From Octopus sinensis (taxonomy: Eukaryota), in contig NW_021836184.1 in the NCBI RefSeq assembly GCF_006345805.1, forward strand, positions 1-25,387: 25,387 nucleotides of DNA. Direction: 5' to 3'. This document shows, in pieces, positions 11,736 to 21,134 of the stretch (its first letter is position 1; every line of letters begins with the position of its first letter). Made by a program: the position numbers and the translations under genes. A model generated the notes under the pieces. It did no database searches. It had not been told where the DNA came from and was given only the letters and a program-made list of their open reading frames with translations.

Positions 11736-12024
11736 TACCAGTGAAGAACTGAAGTACAACCTTCTTTCTTCTTTTCACCTCCTTCTCCTCCTCTCGTTCC
11801 CCCTCTCTCTGTTTTTCTCTCACTGTCTTGGAATTGATCAAAGGAAGAAAACAGGAAAGCACATTAATATTCTCGAAATTATTCCGCTAAATATATAATC
11901 CTTGTAGCTAAACTCATCAGAGCGTCATTCGTTGACTTAAAAGTGCATTTTCCTTTTCAAGAACTTCAATGTCGCAATTAGATTTCTAGTGACAGAATTG
12001 CTTCAATTCGTGTTAACTTGATAT

Positions 12025-12210
12025 TTGAAACTTCTGGGGGAAACATGGTCACGGAGAGGGGGTAATCGATCAAATTCGACCAGGTACTTGATAGATACTT
12101 GTTTTATCGAAAGCAAAAGCATAAAAGACGTTACTGACATCAGCATGATTTGAACTTATAACGTAAAAACCTGTAATTAAACAGTGTGAGGTATTTTGTT
12201 TGTTGCTTTA
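12025..12210 (-). mobile_element. Family 1 SINE, heavily diverged
   Basis: gggggtaatcgatcaaattcgaccaggtacttgatagatacttgttttatcga...tttgaacttataacgtaaa resembles the reverse complement of the centre and B-box. Confidence 0.55.
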
Positions 12211-12260
12211 AAAATTCTAAGAAACAACCGTCCTACCTTGTGCCAATATGAAAGTTTCTT

Positions 12261-12460
12261 AAGGTGGTGAACTGGCTGAAACGGTAGCACGCCGGGCAAA
12301 ATGCTTAGCGGCATATCGGCAATCTTTACGTTCCGAGGTCGATTTTGCCTTTTATCCCCTTCGGAGTCGATAAAAAGTAAGTTGAGCACTGGAGTCGATG
12401 TAGTCGACTTAACCCGTTCCCCCAGAATTGCTGGCCTTGTACCAAAATTTTAAACCAATA
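12261..12460 (+). mobile_element. Family 1 SINE with B-box deletion
   Basis: Head aaggtggtgaactggctgaaacggtagcacgccgggc. It reads tacgttccgaggtcg where intact copies read tacgttctgagttcaaattccgccgaggtcg. It is preceded by the tail remnant of another copy (12236-12253). Confidence 0.88.
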
Positions 12461-12468
12461 TTAGAATT

Positions 12469-12688
12469 AAGGCGGCGAGCTGGCAGAATCGTTTGCACGC
12501 CGGGCAAAATGCTTAGCGGCATTTCGTCTCTCTTTAAGGTTTGAGTTCAAATTCCGCCGAGATTGACGTTGTCTTCCATTCTTCCGGAATTGATAGTATA
12601 AGTACCAGTTGAGCGCTGATATCAATGTAATCGACTACCCCGCTTCCTCTGAGGTTGCTGGCTTTTTGCCAATATGTGAAACCAATAT
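12469..12688 (+). mobile_element. tRNA-derived SINE, family 1 (full length)
   Basis: A-box-like TGGCAGAATCG at 12481-12491, B-box-like GAGTTCAAATTCC at 12543-12555, tail tgctggctttttgccaatatgtgaaaccaata. Confidence 0.9.
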
Positions 12689-12790
12689 TCATCATCGTCA
12701 TCCGGTCGTACTTGTTGCCCGGATTGCTCTGACTTGTTCTCTGCAGTCTGTTCGGTCCAAAATTGCACGTGGTAGGTCTTCTTGGGTAGA
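12689..12790 (-). mobile_element. 3' end of an RTE-clade LINE with (GAT)-type tail
   Basis: A minus frame reads TQEDLPRAILDRTDCREQVRAIRATSTTG* followed by tgacgatgatga. This resembles the RTE C-terminus EDLPxAMxDRxxWRERVRxIRA plus a short trinucleotide tail. Confidence 0.65.
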
Positions 12791-13049
12791 AAACGAATAT
12801 TGGAATTCTTATTCGCAATGCGATAGATGTTTTATATATTTACGATTCAGTTTCAATCTTCGCTAATGTGTCTAGGATAGGCACGAATGTCACAAATGTA
12901 ATAACTCATAGACGCGAATGTCACAAATGTAATAACTCCCCACTCGCATTAATCAACAAAGCTGAGGACATGTTGATGTGAACAACCGATTACGGATGTT
13001 TAAACAAGTAACCCAAGTTGTCGTTCTTGCTCATGGAATAACTAGTTAC

Positions 13050-13381
13050 ATGATCTTCAGTGGTTAGAACGTCAGGCAAACAATTATGAGGTAGTAAGTT
13101 GGATTCCCGGACTGGGCTGCGTGTTGTGTTCTTGAGTAAGACACTTTTATTTCACGTTGCTCCAGTTCACTCAGCTGTAGAAATGAGTCCTGACGTCACT
13201 GGTGCCAAGCTCTATCGGCCTTTGCTTTTATCTTGGATAACATCAGTAGCGTGGAGAAGGAGGCTGGTATGCATGGGCGACTGCTGGTTTTGCATAAACA
13301 ACCTTGCCCGGATTTGTACCTTGGATAGGAACTTTCTGGGTGCAATCCCACGGGTATTCATGACCGAAGATGGTCTTTACC
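13050..13381 (+). mobile_element. CORE-type tRNA-derived SINE (family 2)
   Basis: Decayed head (cagtggttagaacg...gattcccgg) and CORE-like domain gtgttgtgttcttgagtaagacactttt...cagttcactcagctgtagaaatgag. Colinear with the copy at 15951. Confidence 0.85.
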
Positions 13382-13683
13382 CTCTACCTTTTTTTGTTCC
13401 ATCTTGTATGGATACATTTTTTTTAATTCTTAAGTTAAGATAATCTTATGTAGAACCCCTAACTTTAAACCTTTAAAACCTCAAAAACTTTATAACTTTA
13501 AAACTTCATCACTCTGAAACATTTGAATTTTTGAGATTTTGAATTGTTCTAGAAACATTTTCTTCGAGGATTTTAGGCCTTGAAAAAAAGTTTCCTTCAA
13601 GCATTTTTCTTTTTTCTTTAAGCGTCTTTTGAGATTTCTTAAAAAGGAAAACAACTTTCTTAGTATCTTTTCATTTTTTCTTG

Positions 13684-14052
13684 TCTTGTTACCTCTGTCT
13701 TAGCGAAGGTAGAGATATTGTTTTCAGTCGTGTTTGTTTGTTTTTCCGTGGACAAAATATCTCAAGAATCACCGGATAGATTCGGATGAAACTTTCGGGG
13801 ATGTTTGTCCTCGTGACTAGCACGAACTGATTGGATTTTGGGATCGATCCGGTAGAGGAAAAGGATTCTGGATTATTCTTCCGTTTTTCTTTTTTGCTTA
13901 ATTTTGAGAGCGGTCGGGTTCATTTATAGTATTCTCCTTTGTAAGAGCAGTCGAGTATTTCAGATATTCTCATTTTAAGAATCTTCGGCTAATCGGTGAG
14001 AGGACGTTAGTGTTGCCTTGGCGGTGGTTTGCGCACTCCGAGTGCTCTTGTT
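13684..14052 (+). mobile_element. DINE-1/HINE-like non-autonomous (Helentron-associated) element
   Basis: 5' palindrome acctctgtctt-agcg-aaggtagagat (13691-13716), short (GTTT) microsatellite (~13731-13745), subterminal partner ccttggcggtggt (14016-14028), 3' hairpin gcactc-c-gagtgc (14033-14045), and tcttgtt at both ends (13684-13690, 14046-14052). No ORF. Confidence 0.6.
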
Positions 14053-14399
14053 CTTAATTGCTTTCAACTTCCTTTAACTTTTCTTAATTTCTCTTAATTT
14101 ATTTAGTGACAGTATTTCATCCCCCTCTTTTACATTCCTAACCTCTCCTACTAACAGCGTTACCCCGGTGTCTTACTATATTTACAATGTAGTTTCGATT
14201 TTTATATGAGTTTCATCAGTTTAACTCATTTATCGTTCATCTTCCTCTTTATGTGAGACGATTATAGCTTCTCTCACACAATTTCTTGTAATTCAAAGGT
14301 CCATCCTTATTACATATTGTCACACGATGATTCGATCTGAGAGTTATGTTACAGAATGTACCTGGAATACTCAGCCACTTGCAAATTAATTTAATAGTG

Positions 14400-14840
14400 T
14401 ATGAGAGAAAGGGAGAGAATAGGAGAGGGTGAGAGAAGGGGAAAGAGCCAAAGAGAGGATAGAAATAACTTAAAAGGATGAATGGAAAGAGTTGTAAAGA
14501 GAACAAGGGAGAGAAGAAGCAGGCGTGGAAGAAATAAAAGAAAAGAATAAATAAATAGAGATGTGATAGAAAGAGTTAGTCAGAATGAAAGAATGAATGA
14601 AAAAGAACGAAAGAAAGACGGAAAAGAGAGAGAGAGAGAAAGACACATATGGAAAAATAGATTGGGGAGTGGGTGAAGAAACGGAGAAATAATTCCAGAG
14701 AAGCGGAAGGAAAACTAAAAGACAAAAGCTAGAACGCCCTGGAATAAAATAAAATAAAGAAGACGCCGAGGGATGAAGATGAGGAACAGAAGTGGACGAA
14801 TGGGAGAAGGAATATGGGGTAGGCGGGAGAGGAGAGATGG
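14400..14840 (+). repeat. Purine-rich low-complexity tract
   Basis: A/G-biased on +, seen directly. Confidence 0.85.
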
Positions 14841-15017
14841 TAAATGACGACTTCTTCCACCGTTTGCTTCTATTCTGGATAGTTCTGTGTGACAAGAGCC
14901 TTAGACATGTGTCTCTGGAGACGAACGACATTGCAATAAATTACTTCAATCAACCAGCGTTTGATGTCGTTTTGGCTTGGTGGCGTTTCACTTGACAAAC
15001 ATGGCTGTCTTGTTCAA

Positions 15018-15027
15018 CAACGACTGC

Positions 15028-15085
<58 letters not shown>

Positions 15086-15090
15086 CAACA

Positions 15091-15121
<31 letters not shown>

Positions 15122-15161
15122 AAACCACCACCACCACCACCACCACTACTACTACTACTAC

Positions 15162-15207
<46 letters not shown>

Positions 15208-15245
15208 CACCACCACCACCACCACCACTACCACCACCACCACCA
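15018..15245 (+). repeat. Serial trinucleotide microsatellites (AAC)n-(ACT)n-(ACC)n
   Basis: Seen directly. The units differ from each other by one base. Confidence 0.97.
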
Positions 15246-15317
15246 CAGTAACAGAAGTAACAACAGAGCAGAAGCATAAGCAACAACAATAACAAATACG
15301 ATAACAACAGCAACAGT

Positions 15318-15510
15318 GGAGGCGCAATGGCCCAGTGGTTAGGGCAGCGGACACGCGGTCGTAAAAACGCGGTTTCGATTCCCAGACCGGGCATTGTGAG
15401 TGTTTATTGAGCAAAAACACCTAAGCTCTACGATGCTCCGGTGGGGGTGGGTAGTGAACCCCGCTGTACTCTTTCATCACAACTTCCTCTCACTCTTTCT
15501 TCCTACTTCT
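15318..15510 (+). mobile_element. tRNA-derived SINE (family 3), 5' part
   Basis: ggaggcgcaa-TGGCCCAGTGG-ttagggcagcgg (A-box) and ggtttcgattccc (B-box-like), followed by a non-tRNA body. There is no acceptor-stem closure as in a tRNA gene. Confidence 0.8.
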
Positions 15511-15950
15511 GCCACAAAGCAGAGGAACCATGGTGTAACCCACTATGGTGTAGTAAACTTTCAGACCCTAGTCTAGATTGCGAATCCTCTGTACTCCAGG
15601 ATGGTTCAGCTCTCCACCCGTTAAAAAACCACCGTTTACGGAATGAGGATAACAACGTAGCTTTCGCGCCCGTGCAACCGCCAGTCTATCGCTTGTGTTG
15701 GATGGATCTTCAAGTTACCACACGCATTCTTAGTAGCTTAGAGTAGGCTCGAATTAGAGATTATTCTTTGTGGCTAATGGAAGAAGGAGAAGAAGAAGAA
15801 GAAGAAGAAGCAACAGTAACAACGATAACAACAACTGCAAAATGAAAACAAAATCAACAACAGCTGCAACAACAGTAACAACATCAGCAACTGGAGCAAC
15901 TACGATAACAACAACAGTAGCAGCAACAACTAATATAGTAATAACTACTC

Positions 15951-16248
15951 AGGCGCATGGCTCAGTGGTTAGAGCATTGAGCTTACGATCGTGAGGCTGT
16001 GAGTTCGATTCTCTGAGACGGGCTGCGTGTTGCTTTCAAGAACATGACACTTTATTTCATATTGCTCTAGTTCACTCAGCTACAGAAATAAGTTGCGACA
16101 TCATTGGTGGCGTGGAGAGGGGAGGCTGGTATCCATTGGTTACTGCTGGTCTTCCATAAAAAAGGCGTCTTTACGCCCAGACTTGTACCCCGGAAGAGAA
16201 CCTCTTAGGTGCGCCCATGGTCATTCGTGACCGACGGAATCGAGTTTA
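15951..16248 (+). mobile_element. CORE-type tRNA(Arg-like)-derived SINE (family 2) with an internal deletion
   Basis: A-box TGGCTCAGTGG at 15958-15968, ACG in the anticodon-loop position (ttacgat), B-box GAGTTCGATTC at 16001-16011. Colinear with 13050-13381 apart from a ~47-bp deletion. Confidence 0.88.
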
Positions 16249-16304
16249 CTCAGGCACAATAACAACTACAATAGAAAATAATAACTTTAATAAGGAGAGT
16301 AACA

Positions 16305-16500
16305 GAGTTGGAGGGCGGGCAGCATAACAGGGTTGCAAACACTGAGTTGAAACGTACTGATAAATATATGGAAGATGTGAAAACTCTCCCTGAAAGGGAC
16401 ACGAAGGAGTCTCTTTCGAGAGACCAGTGTGGCCGTGTTTGTTTCTCAGAGGCAGGCCTATTCAGCCAGAAGCTTGGTCATGGAGGCATCCTCGACAACA
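16305..16500 (+). mobile_element. Decayed 3' end of an RTE-like LINE ORF (C-terminal zinc-finger-like motif)
   Basis: WRAGSITG/VANTELKR...DQCGRVCFSEAGLFSQK resembles the RTE terminal WR...CxxCGRxCxSxxGLxSH motif, with the first Cys and the His lost. Confidence 0.5.
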
Positions 16501-17521
16501 CCACTATGATATTCAGCATGATCACTTGTGTAGCATAGTGCGTGGGTCAGCCTGTGAACTCACTCGGCGTTGTAGGACCCAGCATCTAGATGGTCTGTAT
16601 GCGATGACTGTAGGTCTCTTGCACGCCTTTGGAGCCATATGAGACGTCATCAGCGATGGGTACGTCAAACAGATGTTTCTAAGAGTGAAACGGATTTAAG
16701 AATCGGTGTTACACAAAGTCACGTGTCAACTCCCACCATGTCTGTCTGTCTGTCCGTCTGTCTGTCTGTTTGTATGTATGTACGTGAGTGTATATATGTG
16801 TAAGTTTGTGTTAGCTTCTCTGACGACATAATGCAAATGTTGCACAAAACCTTGCAACAGACTTTTTAGAACTGCATAAATGTAAAAAGTTATTCCATTG
16901 ACGTATAAATAATGTTGTTTTCCTGCTGCTTTTTTTTCATGCAATTTGATGTGTTGGTATATTATAGCCTATATTGCAACTGATCCAAACTATGCGTATA
17001 AATATTTACTATAATTCTATACATGCAGATTCGGAGCGTAATATGATGTACTGAGTTACAGTGTTCATTTGCTGTGCGTATGGGTGTACATTATAGTATT
17101 GTGAGTGTCTTCGTTCGCGTATGTGTCCGTGTGCATGCGTGTGCTTTTATGTAAATTTATATATATAAAAAAGTTGAACATTAAACTGAAGCATATCTCA
17201 ATACATTTTTCGTACATTAACATATTTATTAGTTTTTACAAGGAAACGATTTACAGTGATATCAAATATACTATATGCCACACACACACACATATGTACA
17301 TACATAAACACACTCGTGAATAGGTATATGTATGTATTAAAGCGTGTATGTGTGTGTATAAGTTTGCATTTTTGTATCTATATACACAGATTACATGTAT
17401 GTATTTATAGCCGTCACTCGCAAGCGGCTATAAAACAGCAGGTTGCACCAGGCTCTCGTTGATTTTTTTTAGGTGCTTATATGGTTGAGAGCAGACATAG
17501 ATATCCACTTGGATGTTACTG

Positions 17522-17523
<2 letters not shown>

Positions 17524-17593
<70 letters not shown>

Positions 17594-17605
17594 AATAAAG
17601 AGAGA
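17524..17605 (+). repeat. (GA)n microsatellite
   Basis: Seen directly. Confidence 0.97.
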
Positions 17606-17629
17606 GCGGTGCTACAGCACTCAGCTGTT

Positions 17630-17695
17630 ATCTATTTTCAGCTGAGTAGGTAGGAGCAATATGAAATTATGTGTTTTGCTGAAAAGCACAATGTA
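17630..17695 (-). mobile_element. CORE-domain fragment of a family 2-like SINE
   Basis: The reverse complement contains atttcatattgctc (identical to the 15951 copy) and actcagctg. Confidence 0.6.
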
Positions 17696-17836
17696 TTAGT
17701 ATAGCGCTCAGAAATAGAAAAAGTCTTTTACGTTTCGAGCCTACGCTCTTCTACAGAAAGATACACAGAAAAAAACAAGGAGAGAAAAATTTGTGTAGTA
17801 GCTAACGATCTATCATGGCGTCTTAATTATTTCTTG
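17690..17836 (-). mobile_element. Penelope-like pseudo-LTR fragment carrying a hammerhead-like motif
   Basis: Minus strand: (TA)n-caagaaataattaaga...tcttt-ctgtagaa-gagc-gtag-gctc-gaaac-gta-aaaga. Minimal hammerhead topology is characteristic of PLE pLTRs. Confidence 0.55.
17724..17761 (-). ncRNA. Candidate minimal type-I hammerhead ribozyme with variant core
   Basis: Stem I tcttt/aaaga, core CUGUAGA plus an extra A, stem II gagc-gtag-gctc, GAAA, loopless palindromic stem III ACGU, cleavage triplet GUA. Confidence 0.5.
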
Positions 17837-17868
17837 TATATATATATATATATATCTTAATTATTTCT

Positions 17869-17924
<56 letters not shown>

Positions 17925-17937
17925 CTTAATTATTTCT

Positions 17938-17979
<42 letters not shown>

Positions 17980-18078
17980 CAAGAAATAACTAAGATTCAT
18001 TTGAATTACGTACTTAAGTTGAAGCACCAAGTCAGTCCGGTATTATCTGCACAGCTCGAAGCAAGGTGAATAAAATCA

Positions 18079-18285
18079 AAATAAATAACAGGATATCAAG
18101 TAGTAATGCAGCACGACCGTTTCAAACGACTCCATTTAATTGAACTATGCAATTATTACATCAATTTAAATGCAGGGCTGTCTTCAGCTGCACAAAATAT
18201 ATTCATGTAATAATTGCATAGTTCAATTAAATGGAGTCGCTTGAAACGGCCGTGCAGCATCTAATTGATATCCAGTTATTTATTT
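18079..18285. repeat. Long inverted repeat (83/81-bp arms, 43-bp spacer)
   Basis: Arms 18079-18161 and 18205-18285 are reverse complements with 5 mismatches and one 2-nt indel (hand alignment). Confidence 0.95.
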
Positions 18286-18287
18286 AG

Positions 18288-18289
<2 letters not shown>

Positions 18290-18325
<36 letters not shown>

Positions 18326-18542
18326 TAAAAACACGAAATAGGAAGTATAAAATAGTCGAGAACTGAGGAGGTGTTATTCTTCCTTTGGTATTTTGTACTG
18401 TACTTATCAATGTGTGTTTACGTATTTTTCACTCGTTGGTGATGTCCTATATTTTTTGCATTTTTTATGTATTTTTTATTTTTTGATAATCGAACGCAGC
18501 GCGGACTTGTCCACAATAAGTTCTTACATTTATACATATATA

Positions 18543-18588
<46 letters not shown>

Positions 18589-18603
18589 CATATATATATA
18601 TAT

Positions 18604-18652
<49 letters not shown>

Positions 18653-18860
18653 ATGTGTGCGTGTATTATGTAATGTATGTATGTGTGTATGCATTGACAT
18701 AGATGCTTAATATGAACACATGCATTTAGCATCTGTACATACGGCCAAACACAAATACACATATATGCATATATACACGAATGTATTTACATCTAAGATA
18801 CATAAACAAGCATGTATATATCCATATATGAATATATATATAGGTAGATAGATATACATG
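18290..18860. repeat. TA/TG-rich microsatellite region with short unique spacers
   Basis: (TA)n at 18291-18321 and 18530-18641, with TG/TATG runs after. Confidence 0.85.
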
Positions 18861-19419
18861 TAATTATGTGTGCTTGCGTGTGTCTGTGTGAGCGTTTGTA
18901 ACTGTAAATATATACATTTTCAGCTCAAATGTAAAATTTTATCGAAACCTAGTTGTTGGTAGAAGTATTGTGCCTCGACAAACATAAATATACACCAACC
19001 ATCATATCATTACCTTGATTTATATAATTTCGGGTGTACACTTCCTTCCCAACCACGTACCTATTTACAAAGTGAACTTAATTGCGTCTGACGTGTATCA
19101 CTACCATGTGTAACACAAACACACACACATAAATATTTATATACATGTACAGATACACATAGGTACATGCACGCTCACACACACACACAGAGAAATATAT
19201 TGGGTGTATTTGTATGTGCCTGTGTGTGTGTGTGACTGTGCATATATGGGTGTATGTGTGTGTGTGTGTGTGTCTGTGTGTGTGTATGTGTATGTTTGTG
19301 AATAAGTACTTGGGGGTTTGACAGCGATATACTCGAAATTAGAAACCCCTAAATAACTTCAGGGATGTTTTCGTCTTAAAGATACATACACGGACACACA
19401 CATGCGCGCTCACACAGTG

Positions 19420-19445
19420 TGTATGAATGTATGTATGCATGTATG

Positions 19446-19479
<34 letters not shown>

Positions 19480-20000
19480 TGTATGTATGTATGTATGTAT
19501 GTATGTATGTATGTATGAATGAATGTATGTATGTATGTAAGTATGTATGTATGTATGTATGTATGTATGTATGTATGTATGTATGTATGTATATATATAT
19601 GTAGGTCTATTTCTCTATCTGTGCCTCTATATATATTGTCGAGAGAAAGACGCACAGATGTTTATTATAAATGTATATATACAAAAATATACGTGGTCGT
19701 GTGTGCCCGAATATATATATATATATATAGATAAGACAGATATAGATGCATATATGTGTGTGTATATTATGTGTGTATGTATATATACATGAACATATAT
19801 ATATGTGTATATGTGTATATTGTGTGTGTATGTACATGTATGTTTATATATATATATATTATATATACATATATATGTGTGTGTGAATGTGTGTGTATCT
19901 GTGTGTGCGTGTGTGATGAGCATATGTGTGTGTCTGTGTAAGTTATGTATGTAATTTATGTATGCATATAACTGTGTATGTCTGCGTGTGTTTGTTTATT
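19420..20000. repeat. (TATG)n and TA/TG compound microsatellite
   Basis: Seen directly. Confidence 0.95.
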
Positions 20001-20567
20001 TACCCAGAAAGTATGCAATATCAGTGTACAGAATTCAAGAATAGGTCTTGTGAAAGCCGATTGGAACATAATACGCAACTGTATTAAATGAGCATGTGTA
20101 CATTTACACGTATCCTTGCATACGCATATCTGCACGCACATACACACGGGAGCGTACACAGATACACATTTAAGCAGATTGTACGCAGTTGAAACAGAAT
20201 TAAATCACAATAGCCATCCATGTATCTTATTTGACGTATATACATCGTTGAGAGGCATGATACGCAGTATTTTCGACTGAGAGAAACTCTCTTCATTGAC
20301 ATGCTGTGTTAAAAACACAATATATAGACACACACAAACATACCCGTGATCAATATCACTTAAGTTGATCACAAATATCATCCAGACAGCGAGGTACTAC
20401 TAACAACTTGTCCAATGAAACCCAGATTGTGTCTATATTTGGATGTATTTTGAAGTTGCTGATATTTCAATAATATTTTTAACAACGCCATGTAACCCGT
20501 GTTAACTTAATAGGAGCCCAATTTCCCGTGGTTATCTTGGACTTTGTCTTTTTCCGTATTCGGTCGT

Positions 20568-20624
20568 CTGTGCCTGACGAGTTAGGTTCCACTGCCGAGC
20601 CCACGAAACTACAAATTTGCATGG
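20568..20624 (+). ncRNA. Candidate hammerhead ribozyme (canonical core, weak stem III)
   Basis: Stem I ctgtgc(20568-73)/gcatgg(20619-24), CUGACGA at 20574-80, stem II gt..ggttc-cactgcc-gagcc.ac at 20581-604, GAAA at 20605-08. Stem III has only A15.1-U16.1 plus one further pair. Confidence 0.35.
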
Positions 20625-20741
20625 CATGGAATCAAACTGTTTTTTTAGACATAATGATGATGATGATGATGATGATGATGATTATGATGTTGACGATGAT
20701 AATGATAACTATAATAATGATTATATATATATATAAACGCA

Positions 20742-21028
20742 TGCGTGACTGTAGATTTGATAGACGGAAACTGAAGGAAGCCCGTCATATATATATATAT
20801 AAGCATATGTTTGTGTGTCTGTATTTGTTCCTCCACCGTCGCTTGACAACCGATGTTGGTATATTTACGTTCCCGTAACTTAGCGGTAGCGGTTCGGCAA
20901 CAGCGATCGATAGGATAAGTACTAAGTTTACAAAGAATAAGTCTTAGAGTCGATTTGTTCGACTAAAAGCCCTTAAGGCGGTGCTCCAGCATGGTTGCAG
21001 ACAAATGAATGAAACAAGTAAAAAGAAT
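20742..21028 (+). mobile_element. 5'-truncated SINE (family 4) with an internal (TA) run
   Basis: Shares the family 1 central motifs (gataggataagtact; gagtcgatttgttcgact, cf. ggggtcgatataatcgact) and ends gaaacaagtaaaaaga. I recognise it from memory as an abundant octopus SINE body. Confidence 0.7.
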
Positions 21029-21043
21029 ATATAAATTTTAATT

Positions 21044-21046
<3 letters not shown>

Positions 21047-21131
<85 letters not shown>
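21047..21131. repeat. (TA)n microsatellite
   Basis: Seen directly. Confidence 0.97.

Positions 21132-21134
<3 letters not shown>

Noticed and set aside
12740-12780. Apparent + strand micro-exon (ttctctgcAG...GTAGGT)
   Set aside because: The segment is better explained as the antisense of an RTE-like 3' end.
14270-14395. Possible decayed 3' body of the family 3 SINE (ctcagccacttgcaaattaattt)
   Set aside because: The resemblance is only to a remembered consensus and cannot be shown from within the window, so it is not listed as a feature.
15318-16020. tRNA genes at 15318 and 15951
   Set aside because: A/B boxes are present, but there is no closing acceptor stem or terminator and the sequence continues into SINE bodies shared with other copies.
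16540-16700. Possible minus-strand LINE RT fragment (VPIA...YGSK)
   Set aside because: Too few matching residues to support.
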